Shown in pieces: positions 1 through 8,560 of a DNA stretch of 58,862 nucleotides. The number at the start of each line of letters is the position of its first letter. The stretch's first letter is position 1. Origin of the DNA: Chloroflexota bacterium (GTDB lineage: Bacteria; Chloroflexota; Anaerolineae; B4-G1; SLSP01); the NCBI GenBank assembly GCA_019873725.1, contig JAIOAS010000004.1:1-58862 (forward strand), written 5' to 3'. The notes below the pieces were generated by a model, which was not told the DNA's origin, searched no databases, and saw nothing but the letters and a program-made list of their open reading frames with translations. Position numbers and translations under genes: made by a program.

Positions 1-1378
1 CGGAAAGCTCAAGCCACACCGTCTCTGTCCCTTCATATACTGCATCGTCGGTGATAGGGACGGTGAACGTGATCTCGGTCTGCCCTGGCGCGAAGACGAG
101 GTTGCCGCTGATGGGCGGGTAATCTTGTCCTGGAGTAGCGGTGCCTTCGAGAGAGGCATAGGAGACGGTGACCGGTTCCGTCGCTGCGGGCGTCAATGTG
201 ACGGCGATGACAGCTTCACCGGCGCCTTCTGAGACGGTATACGTTGGCTGCGTGAAGTCAACGACCGGCTGTGGTGTCTCGGTTAGCCCACCAAACAGCG
301 TGACCTCATCCACGTAAACCGTACCACTGGTGCCGACGGGCAGCGCGAGCGCATAAGCCCACACTTCGGTGAGGGTGAGACCGTCGTTGGGCGCACCGAC
401 AGGCTGCCAGCCATCACGGAAGAACGCACCCCAGGGGATACTGATGTGTCGCCAACCTGTGCTCGTGTCGGCGAACTCGTAGGCGAAGCGTTCCGCCGTG
501 TCCTGGCTGGGGTCGGTCTTGTTGTCACTCAGGATGACGCGGAAGGTCGCCCCGCCGCCCAGCCCTTTGAACCAGAAGCTCAGGCCGTCATAGGCGCTCC
601 AGTCCTCCGGAGCAAGGTTGTTGCCGGTTCCCGCGCCCCAACCGGCGCTGTTGTAGGCGATGGATAGCACGTGATTGGTCGTTAAGCCCGGTACAGTGTT
701 GGTGACAGGCGTGGTCGTCGCAATGTTTGTGCCGGCGCCATAGTCGCCATACTGAAACCAGGTCGATGGTACACCCGCTTCGAAATTGTCCACGAGCGTT
801 AGTTTGAACAACCCGACTTGATCCATGTACACTGTGCCATTAGTGCCAATGGGCAGCGCGAGCGCGTAAGCCCACACCTCGGTGAGGGTGAGACCGTCGT
901 TGGGGGCGCCGACAGGCTGCCAGCCATCACGGAAGAACGCACCCCAGGGGATACTGATGTGTCGCCAACCTGTGCTCGTGTCGGCGAACTCGTAGGCGAA
1001 GCGCTCTGCCGTGTCCTGGCTGGGGTCGGTCTTGTTGTCACTCAGGATGACGCGGAAGGTCGCCCCGCCGCCCAGCCCTTTGAACCAGAAGCTCAGGCCG
1101 TCATAGGCGCTCCAGTCCTCCGGAGCAAGGTTGTTGCCGGTTCCCGCGCCCCAACCGGCGCTGTTGTAGGCGATGGATAGCACGTGATTGGTCGTTAAGC
1201 CCGGTACAGTGTTGGTGACAGGCGTGGTCGTCGCAATGTTTGTGCCGGCGCCATAGTCGCCATACTGAAACCAGGTCGATGGTACACCGGTTTCGAAATC
1301 ATCTACGATGTGTATCGCCGTTGTTGGCGCTGCAAAGGCTGTTTTCCCAGCTGCCAGCGACGATGTGCCGAACATCAT
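1..1378 (-). CDS. Secreted multidomain protein, partial (runs off window): two tandem CBM/CIA30-like beta-sandwich modules plus a Calx-beta-like domain
   Basis: The minus frame is open from ATGATG at 1378 to the window edge. It is absent from the ORF track because no stop lies in the window. My translation: MMFGTSSLAAGKTAFAAPTT..., then two ~171-aa modules with GWGAGTGNN..DWSAYDGLSFWFKG..ATFRVILSD, then VSEGAGEAVIAVTL..TVSYASLEGTATPGQDY..FAPGQTEITFTVPITDD (Calx-beta-like). Family names are from motif recollection. Confidence 0.65.
   Translation of the reverse strand, partial: MMFGTSSLAAGKTAFAAPTTAIHIVDDFETGVPSTWFQYGDYGAGTNIATTTPVTNTVPGLTTNHVLSIAYNSAGWGAGTGNNLAPEDWSAYDGLSFWFKGLGGGATFRVILSDNKTDPSQDTAERFAYEFADTSTGWRHISIPWGAFFRDGWQPVGAPNDGLTLTEVWAYALALPIGTNGTVYMDQVGLFKLTLVDNFEAGVPSTWFQYGDYGAGTNIATTTPVTNTVPGLTTNHVLSIAYNSAGWGAGTGNNLAPEDWSAYDGLSFWFKGLGGGATFRVILSDNKTDPSQDTAERFAYEFADTSTGWRHISIPWGAFFRDGWQPVGAPNDGLTLTEVWAYALALPVGTSGTVYVDEVTLFGGLTETPQPVVDFTQPTYTVSEGAGEAVIAVTLTPAATEPVTVSYASLEGTATPGQDYPPISGNLVFAPGQTEITFTVPITDDAVYEGTETVWLELS
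305..1308. repeat. Tandem 513-bp duplication (2 copies) inside the secreted-protein gene
   Basis: Anchors aggctgccag (401 vs 914) and acacc (771 vs 1284) both give an offset of 513. About 375 nt (401-775 vs 914-1288) are identical except for about 2 positions. Confidence 0.9.
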
Positions 1379-1563
1379 GGTCAACAACGACAACAACGTG
1401 AGACTTCGCAGTAGATTGGAAAGTTTTCTGTTCATTTCATATCCTCCGTCAGAATATTTTAATATGTAAAATTGTCGATCAAGGTATTTTTTATGGGCGA
1501 TAGCTACCTCCTTAACACTATGCTGTTGATCCTGTGAATCAAGGTTTGGTGTATCATGCCAGC

Positions 1564-2592
1564 TTAAGTCTTCGACTGAGTGCTGCCACACGATTCCCGA
1601 ATAACCAACTCGGTCTCCATAATCACCCGCCGAGGCGGTGTAGGGCCGTTTTTGATCACATCGAGCAGCATCTCCACGGCTTTCACACCGAAAGCGTGCA
1701 CGGGTTGATGGATGGTGGTCAGTTGGGGTCTGGCGATGGTCGCGGGGGGCAGGTCATCGAAGCTGACCACGGCGATGTCGTGGGGAACGGTCAGGCCGGC
1801 TTCGTGGATGGCTCTGAGCGCGCCGAGCGACATAGCGTCCGACGCGCTGAAGATGGCATCGGGTTTGTGCGGGAGGAGCCGCCGCATCGCCTCGTAGCCG
1901 CCGATTTCCGTGAAGTAGCCTTCGCAGACTAACGTCTCATCCACCGGCAGGTCATGCTCCTGTAAGGCCTTGCAATATCCTGCATATCGGTCGAGCGCGG
2001 CGGTGGTACGCATCTCACCGGTGATGGCCCCGATGCGTTTATGCCCCAGGTGCAGCAGGTGCGTCACGGCAGTGTGTGCGCCGGCGATGTTATCCACGTC
2101 GATATAGTTGGCGTTGGGCTGGTTGAGGGGGCGGCCGGCGACGACGGTGGGTACATCACTTTCCAACAAGCGGGCGATAAGGTCGTCGCCGATTTGCCCC
2201 ACTTGAATCACAATCCCGTCCAGCAAGCCCTTGCGGGAAATGCGCGGGTAGAATTTTTGCTCGTCGGCTTCGCATTGCATCATAAAGAGCGCCAGGGTGT
2301 AATCGTGATCGTTGCACGCCTGGGCAATGCCCTGGGTGAGCCGCGGAAAGTACGGGTCGTTGAACAGCGCCTCCGTCCGGCGCGGCAAGACCAGCCCGAT
2401 GACGTGTGACTGCTGGGACGCCAATGATTGCGCGACGGGGTGGGGGCGGTAACCGGTTTCGGCGATGACGCGCAGCACGCGCTCGCGCACTTCTGGGCGT
2501 ACATTGGGGCCGTCGTTGAGTACCCGAGAGGCGGTTGTGCGCGAGACGCCCGCGCGTTTGGCGACTTCATCCAGGGTCAGTTTGTCGGTCAT
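1564..2592 (-). CDS. LacI-family transcriptional regulator
   Basis: The N-terminal HTH is LDEVAKRAGVSRTTASRVLNDGPNVRPEVRERVLRVIAETGYRPHPVAQSL. It is followed by a periplasmic-binding-fold-like body (342 aa). Confidence 0.9.
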   Translation of the reverse strand: MTDKLTLDEVAKRAGVSRTTASRVLNDGPNVRPEVRERVLRVIAETGYRPHPVAQSLASQQSHVIGLVLPRRTEALFNDPYFPRLTQGIAQACNDHDYTLALFMMQCEADEQKFYPRISRKGLLDGIVIQVGQIGDDLIARLLESDVPTVVAGRPLNQPNANYIDVDNIAGAHTAVTHLLHLGHKRIGAITGEMRTTAALDRYAGYCKALQEHDLPVDETLVCEGYFTEIGGYEAMRRLLPHKPDAIFSASDAMSLGALRAIHEAGLTVPHDIAVVSFDDLPPATIARPQLTTIHQPVHAFGVKAVEMLLDVIKNGPTPPRRVIMETELVIRESCGSTQSKT

Positions 2593-2632
2593 TTTTCTCT
2601 CTTTTTCCTTTTGAGCGTTCTGGTGTTAAGCG

Positions 2633-2648
2633 TTGGAAGCGCTTTCAA
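2633..2648. promoter_or_regulatory. LacI-type operator half-palindrome (TTGGAAGCGCTTTCAA)
   Basis: Near-palindrome with a central GCGC, about 40 nt upstream of the lacI-family start. It matches the TGnAAGCGCTTnCA operator style. Confidence 0.6.
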
Positions 2649-2738
2649 TTGCTGCCACCTGTTTGTAAAAATTCAGGCAATCTGGGACAGATTTCAGTTC
2701 AATATGTGGTAACACGCGAGAGGAGGGCTACCACAGTT

Positions 2739-2754
2739 TTGGAAGCGCTTCCAA
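2739..2754. promoter_or_regulatory. LacI-type operator, perfect 16-bp palindrome (TTGGAAGCGCTTCCAA)
   Basis: Perfect palindrome. It is a second copy of the same operator, about 105 nt from the first. Confidence 0.65.
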
Positions 2755-2806
2755 TCACTACTATATCACAAATAGAGGGGATTTGTCAAGAGGGAATTGC
2801 TTCAGA

Positions 2807-3365
2807 CTACCGGCGGCGTTCGTCGAAGCGGTGCAATCCGGCCTCGCGCGCCTGCTGTACAGCAGCGGCGTACTCGGCGGGCGTCAGGCGACGGTCGAGG
2901 GGCAGCGCATCGTTGGCGCAGTCCCAGGCCTTGTAGGAGGGGTAGTATTGCGCCATGATGTTGATGTACGTTTCCGGCGAGATTTCTTCCACCAGGAAGC
3001 GGGCGATCTCGGCGGTCCCGGCCAGCCCGCCGGGCAGCACGAGGTGGCGAATAAGCAATCCTCGGCGGGCGATGCCGCGTTCGTCTATCACCAGGTCGCC
3101 GACTTGTCGGTGCATTTCTTTGACGGCAGCACGGTTAACCGCCGGATAGTCGCGGACGAGCGAGAGCTGCTGAGCGATGGCGGCGTCGGCGTATTTCATA
3201 TCGGGCATGTAGATGTCGATCAGGCCGTTCATCAGGCTGAGGGCCTGAGGCGCGTCATAGCCGCCGGTGTTGTAGACGATGGGCAGCCGCAGTCCGGCCT
3301 GGATGGCGACCGCCAGGCCCATCACAATCTGCGGGACGACGTGTGTCGGCGAGACCAGGTTCTAA
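2807..3365 (-). pseudogene. 5'-truncated radical SAM (PflX/COG1313-like) gene fragment
   Basis: Encodes only the C-terminal ~185 aa (NLVSPTHVVPQIVMGLAVAIQAGL...RFDERRR). This region is collinear with and highly similar to residues ~125-307 of the intact paralog at 5092..6021. Homology stops abruptly at ~3365, where the GC content drops. Confidence 0.8.
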
Positions 3366-3462
3366 GTCTGTACACAATCCACCATTCACATATCAACTCG
3401 TAAAACGCATCGTTCTCTCAGAAGGCTCGAAAGGCGTAAAAATGTTTGACGAATAGTTGTTT

Positions 3463-5044
3463 ATTGGACTTTGGACAAACAAATTAAGAGCAGCCCCTGT
3501 CGCATAGGTAGATAGGGACTTGTTAAAAAGAAGAACTGTGTCAAAAAGAGGGTATGGACACAGAAAACCATCCCTTAACACAGTTCCGATACACAGTATA
3601 CCAGAACTTTAACAAACGTGCTGACAGTGCGATGGATCTGCTGGATGCGTTATGCAGTACGCCGAATGCGCGCTCGGTGGTCGAATTGAGTCTCTCGCCG
3701 TACTTCCGCCGTGATTACAGCGCGTTGTTCAAGGTGATTGCCGAATCTGCGTTGACCGACCGCGACTTGGCACACTTGGCAGCGCCTTATCTGCCCGCCC
3801 CCCAGCGTCGCCCCTTCTGGCTCTTGGCCACCGATGTCACACCGCAGCCGCGCCCGTATAGTGACAAGTTAGCCGAACGGGGTTTCGTCTACCAGCCCAC
3901 CGGCATTAGCGGCAACCAACCTATTACCATCGGACATCAATACTCGACTGTAGTGGTGTTACCGGAGAAAGCTACGCCCACGGAGCCAGCCTGGGTGATT
4001 CCGCTGAGTGTGCGCCGTGTTCCGCTGGCCATGGACAAAGAGCGGCTGGGTGACGCGCAATTGCAGGCTCTTTTGGCGGACGAGGCTATGCCTTTTCATG
4101 GGCAACTTTGCGTGAGCGTGCGCGATGCAAGTTACAGCAAACCGGCGTGCCTGTACGCTGAACGGGCGCATGAGAACCTGGTTTCCCTGACGCGCGTGCG
4201 CAGCAATCGCGTTTTCTACCGGCCCTACACGCCGCCGGCGGACACTCCCACCACTCCCGGACACCCGCGTTGGTATGGTGAACGCTTTGCCCTATCTGAA
4301 CCGGAGACCTGGGGACCCCCGGATGAGCAGACCACCTCTCAAGTCCACACGCAACGCGGGCAGCACTATCAAGTCGAAATCCAGGCCTGGCACAATCTGC
4401 TCATGCGCGGTAAACGGCAGCCGGAAGTCGTGCCGATGCACCGCCAGCCATTCACGTTGCGCCGCGTGCAGCTTTACCGTGCGGATGGCACGCCACTCTA
4501 CCGCCGCGCGCTCTGGTTGGTGCTGATGGGCGCCCGCCGCACCGAAGTCACGCCCCCCCAAGCCTATCAGGCTTATGAGCAACGCTTTGACCAGGAGCAC
4601 AGCTACCGCTTTGCCAAACAGCGCCTCCTGCTGGACAGTTATCAAACTCCGGATGTGACGCATGAGGAACACTGGTGGCGCTTGGTCCACTTGGCCTCTG
4701 TGCAGTTGTGGGTGGCCCGCGAGGTCGCTGAACGGCTGCCGCGTTCCTGGGAACGCTACTTGCCGACGATGCGCACGACCGCCCCCTTGACGCCCACCCT
4801 AGTGCAGCGCGACTTCGGGCGGATTATTGGCGAGTTTGGCACCCCGGCGCGTCCCGCCAAACGCCGCGGTTATTCGCCCGGTCGGCAGCCAGGGATGCCA
4901 GGCCCCCTGCGCGAGCGTCAACCCGTGCTCAAAAAGCAAACCGCAGTAACTCCACAGAGCTAATTCAGCGCGTTTTCTCACTTTTCAAGGTACTTTTCAG
5001 CTTTGGCGTTTGTCAAAGCCGTTTCTTGTTGTCCAAAGTCCAAT
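3463..5044 (+). mobile_element. IS element (IS4/IS701-superfamily), 1582 bp, 16-bp perfect IRs, 5-bp TSD
   Basis: IR-L attggactttggacaa (3463-3478) pairs with IR-R ttgtccaaagtccaat (5029-5044). A direct repeat tgttt flanks the element at 3458-3462 and 5045-5049. It carries a single transposase ORF. Confidence 0.85.
3554..4963 (+). CDS. DDE transposase (IS4/IS701-like)
   Basis: 469-aa ORF lying between the IRs. The segment LLATDVTPQPRPY...ITIGHQYSTVVVL resembles the first-D region of IS701/IS4-type DDE enzymes. The family call is tentative. Confidence 0.7.
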   Translation: MDTENHPLTQFRYTVYQNFNKRADSAMDLLDALCSTPNARSVVELSLSPYFRRDYSALFKVIAESALTDRDLAHLAAPYLPAPQRRPFWLLATDVTPQPRPYSDKLAERGFVYQPTGISGNQPITIGHQYSTVVVLPEKATPTEPAWVIPLSVRRVPLAMDKERLGDAQLQALLADEAMPFHGQLCVSVRDASYSKPACLYAERAHENLVSLTRVRSNRVFYRPYTPPADTPTTPGHPRWYGERFALSEPETWGPPDEQTTSQVHTQRGQHYQVEIQAWHNLLMRGKRQPEVVPMHRQPFTLRRVQLYRADGTPLYRRALWLVLMGARRTEVTPPQAYQAYEQRFDQEHSYRFAKQRLLLDSYQTPDVTHEEHWWRLVHLASVQLWVAREVAERLPRSWERYLPTMRTTAPLTPTLVQRDFGRIIGEFGTPARPAKRRGYSPGRQPGMPGPLRERQPVLKKQTAVTPQS

Positions 5045-5091
5045 TGTTTAACACTGAAGACCGGGAACCCTCCTGGTTTTCTGTACATTTG

Positions 5092-6021
5092 CTATGCAAA
5101 ACGCCGGCGTTCATCGAAGCGATACAGCCCTGCTGTCTGTGCTTGCTGAACAGCCTTCTGGTATTCTTGTGGTGTAATACTCCGACCCAGCGGAGCATCA
5201 TCCGCGGCATAATTCCGTGCTTTGTAAGCTGGATGATATTGTCTCATCACGTTGATGTATGTATGTGGAGAGACCTCCTGTGCCAGAAAACGTGCGATCT
5301 CAGCGGTTCCTGCTAACTCACCAGGAAGAACAAGGTGTCGAACTAGCAGACCGCGTTGAGCAATGCCTTGCTCGTCAATTACTAAATCACCAACCTGGCG
5401 ATGCATTTCCTTGACCGCAGCTTGATTCACTGCTGGATACTCTTCGACTAACGAGACCCGCTTACCAATCTCCGGATTTGCATACTTCATATCAGGCATA
5501 TAGATGTCCACTAATCCATTCATCAAATTCAGAGCTAGAAGAGTGTCATAGCCACCGGTATTGTAAACCACAGGAATGTGCAAACCTGCCTTGATTGCTA
5601 ACACTAATCCTTGAATGATGTGTGGCACGACATGGGTTGGAGACACCAGGTTTACATTGTGGCAAAGTTGATTTTGGAGGTCCAACATCATTTCTGCTAG
5701 TTGTTGTGGCAATGTAGGTCGTCCTGTTACATGTTGGCTAATGTCATAATTCTGACAATAGATGCAGTGTAGATTGCATCCGGAGAAGAAAATGGTGCCG
5801 GAGCCGTATCGACCACGCAGGACATCCTCTTCACCGTGGTGCGGGCCGTAGTTGACGACATAGGCAATATCGCCAATTCCGCATGGCCCTGAACGTTGTG
5901 TGCGGTCGATACCGCAATGATTGCCACATAGATGACAGTTTTGCAGTGCTTTCTCGGCTTCAACGACTCGCCGCACAAGCTCACTATTCTTCAGTACTGA
6001 TAGATAGACAGGACTTGACAC
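5092..6021 (-). CDS. Radical SAM protein (PflX/COG1313-like activase homolog), intact
   Basis: Has the CNLHCIYCQN CxxxCxxC cluster, an upstream CHLCGNHCGIDR cysteine motif and a RFDERRR tail. Its GC content is visibly lower than the surroundings. Confidence 0.85.
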   Translation of the reverse strand: MSSPVYLSVLKNSELVRRVVEAEKALQNCHLCGNHCGIDRTQRSGPCGIGDIAYVVNYGPHHGEEDVLRGRYGSGTIFFSGCNLHCIYCQNYDISQHVTGRPTLPQQLAEMMLDLQNQLCHNVNLVSPTHVVPHIIQGLVLAIKAGLHIPVVYNTGGYDTLLALNLMNGLVDIYMPDMKYANPEIGKRVSLVEEYPAVNQAAVKEMHRQVGDLVIDEQGIAQRGLLVRHLVLPGELAGTAEIARFLAQEVSPHTYINVMRQYHPAYKARNYAADDAPLGRSITPQEYQKAVQQAQTAGLYRFDERRRFA

Positions 6022-6380
6022 TTGCTCCTCTTAATCCGTGAATGCGGGGATGTGTAGTGAAGTCACGTCTGGTTTTGATAAATCAGAAATAGGGAAAGTA
6101 TTGTCGGTGCTTTGCATTGTATCACCTGAGTTAAGCCAATATTGCTTGCTGCTGATTGTATAACTAACCGGCTTTGTGGCAATTTCGTCTGTTACAAACC
6201 TTGAAGAGGGCTTTTGTAGTGGCAGAAATATCCGGCACTGAGTGACGAAAAATCCGGCAGCGAGTGACGAAAAATTCGTAACTCGCCGACGGATCATTTT
6301 GCCTGTTTACGCTTAGTATTGTGAGTGTTTTACCGACGGTAGATGTGGTAAACAATAATCACAATTACGGAGGCGTAGAA

Positions 6381-6572
6381 ATGGCGACGGATAAATTCAC
6401 ACCGGAAGCACGAGAAGCCTTGGGGCGCTGTTATCGGTTGTTACTGCGATTGGCTAGGAGTGAGCAAAGGCAAGCAACGAGCAGTTCGATACCGCATTCG
6501 CAGCCACTAGATGATTTGCACGACGGCGTCAGCAGTTCAGGTAAGGACACTATTGAAAATGAAGCCGCGTAG
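6381..6572 (+). CDS. Small hypothetical protein (63 aa), paralog of 44725..44895
   Basis: GGAGG lies 8 nt upstream of the ATG. Shares FTPEAREALGRCYRLLLRLA with LSPEAQKALGNIYELLLKLA in the second small ORF. Confidence 0.35.
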   Translation: MATDKFTPEAREALGRCYRLLLRLARSEQRQATSSSIPHSQPLDDLHDGVSSSGKDTIENEAA

Positions 6573-7176
6573 ACTACTCTCGCCTCCACTGGCCTGGCTA
6601 TCCGTATTCGGCTTACTGGCGCTTTACCAGTGTTGCTTGGTTCCACTGTTCCACGTTGCCCGTGAGGAAGTCCGGATGTGGCTAGCAACACCCACGCCAA
6701 CGCCAGTCGCACTGCCCATCAACGTTGGCACAGAAGGCGATGAGGCCATCACCCGCGCGACTTTCAATGACTGGCTACGGGAACGGCACGGTCTCCAAGC
6801 CGCGCCCGATCCTGACCTGGAAGACCGGGCCTACTACCTGGCCGGGGAAGCGCCCAAGCTACGTTCTGCACAGACCTGGCCGCGCTGGTATGGCCTGCGC
6901 TACGCCGTTGGCCCGGCTTCCGGGGATTGGCTGCTCTACTGGCCTGGCTGCAATCTGTGTCCCCCAGGTGCAGCCTGTTTCTCATTGAGCACAGCGCCAC
7001 GTCAGTCACTGGCGACCGCGAGATATCCGGGCCTAGACAGCGCCACGGCTGTAGGCACAGCCGTCGTCTGGCGGGGCGAACAACCCTATCTGGCCGTGGT
7101 GTGGCCAGGGACTTGCCCTACGCCGCAACCAACGCCCACCTTCAGCAGTCCTGGCCCAACGGGGCCGGGGTGGTAA
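6559..7176 (+). CDS. Hypothetical membrane-anchored/secreted protein
   Basis: MKPRRLLSPPLAWLSVFGLLALY looks like a signal/anchor, followed by a Pro/Thr-rich linker. I recognise no family. Confidence 0.45.
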   Translation: MKPRRLLSPPLAWLSVFGLLALYQCCLVPLFHVAREEVRMWLATPTPTPVALPINVGTEGDEAITRATFNDWLRERHGLQAAPDPDLEDRAYYLAGEAPKLRSAQTWPRWYGLRYAVGPASGDWLLYWPGCNLCPPGAACFSLSTAPRQSLATARYPGLDSATAVGTAVVWRGEQPYLAVVWPGTCPTPQPTPTFSSPGPTGPGW

Positions 7177-7191
7177 GGAGACGACACCCCA

Positions 7192-7770
7192 ATGTGTTCG
7201 GGTGATGCGCGTGAATTTACGAAGGATGACCTGACGGCGCATCTGCCACTGGAATGGCGTATCGATGACGCCTACTTCGAGTTGGCATGCCAGTGTGTGC
7301 TGCCCGCCTTCGAAGCGTTGGATGCTGGGAACCAGGACCCTGAAGCCTTGCTCAGCGTGACGTTCAGTCCGGTGGCGTATATGGTGTTGACGTGCCTGAT
7401 GCCCACGGGTGTATGGAGCGTCCTGGACTTGCTGCGACGGCTGATCGGTCCGCCAGACGAAGAAGCTGTCATCGAATTCAGCACTGCGCCCCAGTTCCTG
7501 AAAAGGCGTTGGAAACGGGGCCGCCTGGCCGTGTTCGATCTGCGACCTGGCGGCGGAGGACAATTCGAGGACTACGCCTATGCGCCTCTCTACGACTGCC
7601 AGGGCCGGATCAGCACGTTCCACGCCGAGGCGCTGCCGTTGGTCGCCGCGGTGGTGCGCGGTTGGGGGATGACGACGATGGTCATTCACCAACAGCCGAC
7701 GCCGCTGCTGTCCTCATCTACAGTGAGAGCGCAGGCGCAAGTCCAATGGACGTTCTTAACCCAATCCTAG
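7192..7770 (+). CDS. Hypothetical protein
   Basis: 192-aa ORF in the same orientation as its neighbours. No recognisable motif. Confidence 0.4.
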   Translation: MCSGDAREFTKDDLTAHLPLEWRIDDAYFELACQCVLPAFEALDAGNQDPEALLSVTFSPVAYMVLTCLMPTGVWSVLDLLRRLIGPPDEEAVIEFSTAPQFLKRRWKRGRLAVFDLRPGGGGQFEDYAYAPLYDCQGRISTFHAEALPLVAAVVRGWGMTTMVIHQQPTPLLSSSTVRAQAQVQWTFLTQS

Positions 7771-7821
7771 ACAAGCAGGAGGATGCGATGTACCGATATG
7801 CCAAACAACTTCGCCATTCCA

Positions 7822-7875
7822 GGTATGAAGGAAAAAGACATGGCAGGACAAAAAGGGCGCTTTTTCCTTCATACC
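7822..7875. repeat. Conserved hairpin copy 1 (16-bp perfect stem GGTATGAAGGAAAAAG / CTTTTTCCTTCATACC)
   Basis: Arms at 7822-7837 and 7860-7875. Followed by GGCA, as in copy 2. Confidence 0.7.
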
Positions 7876-8033
7876 GGCAAGGGTCGAAATCGCTGCTCAA
7901 CCCTGGTTTTAGCGGCGTCACAGGGGGTTCGGCAGGGGTTTTGGCCCCGTATCTGCCCTGTTTAGGCCCCGGTGTGACGCTCTGGAACGCTCGGGGAGCC
8001 ATCACTGCCCCAAAATCGTTGTTTACAGTGTTA

Positions 8034-8077
8034 CGGTATGAAGGAAGTGCAAAAGTGGTCGTTTTTCCTTCATACCG
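8034..8077. repeat. Conserved hairpin copy 2 (CGGTATGAAGGAA / TTCCTTCATACCG)
   Basis: Arms at 8034-8046 and 8065-8077. Same GGTATGAAGGAA...TTCCTTCATACCGGCA core as copy 1. Confidence 0.7.
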
Positions 8078-8103
8078 GCATAGCCTTTTCCGGAGGTGAA
8101 ACG

Positions 8104-8526
8104 ATGTCTTACGAACTCAATGCGCTGATACGTCACCTGGTCGCGCTCGGCGGAGCAGACCCGCGCAAGGTGCGGCTGCCCGAAGGGAAACACAAGTTGC
8201 GCGTACACGCCCAGCGCATCGGCGACGTGCGGCTGATTACTGTAGCCCCGTTGCAAGGGCCACTGCCCGAAATCGATGCCCAGGATGTGGCCCATCTGTG
8301 CGCAGAGAATGACAAGGTGTTGTTACGTGGCATCGTCAGCGCGCCACCCCGCGCCGGGACGGTGTGGCTGGCCCTGGAAGGTGTGGGCGCTGTGCCCCTC
8401 GTCCCGGCCTCGCTCTCAGTCGAAAAAGCATTGCGCGCGTTGGTGGAACGCCGGGTCATCGTCCAGGGGAAATGCGCGACGCGCGGCATCGCCGTTGACA
8501 CCGTGCGCGTTGCACCGGAGAAATAA
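8104..8526 (+). CDS. Hypothetical protein (140 aa)
   Basis: ATG at 8104, preceded by GGAGG. No recognisable motif. Confidence 0.5.
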   Translation: MSYELNALIRHLVALGGADPRKVRLPEGKHKLRVHAQRIGDVRLITVAPLQGPLPEIDAQDVAHLCAENDKVLLRGIVSAPPRAGTVWLALEGVGAVPLVPASLSVEKALRALVERRVIVQGKCATRGIAVDTVRVAPEK

Positions 8527-8560
8527 ATGCCATATCACACAAAATCCAGGAGGAAACAAA

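Noticed and set aside
6031-6355. Small ORFs upstream of the radical SAM gene, plus a 22-nt tandem repeat (6232-6275) that encodes FFVT(R/Q)CRIF in two frames. This raised the possibility of a RiPP precursor.
   Set aside because: The radical SAM enzyme looks like a PflX/activase type with no SPASM-like C-terminal cysteine cluster. The repeat length is not a multiple of 3, so the peptide similarity is a by-product of a DNA repeat. Two overlapping ORFs compete for the region. Coding evidence is insufficient.
7033-7692. 219-aa minus-strand ORF overlapping 7192..7770, and similar antisense ORFs in 8133..9088
   Set aside because: The plus-strand genes form a consistent, RBS-preceded, tightly spaced series. 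The antisense products are Arg/Pro/Gly-rich with no start context.
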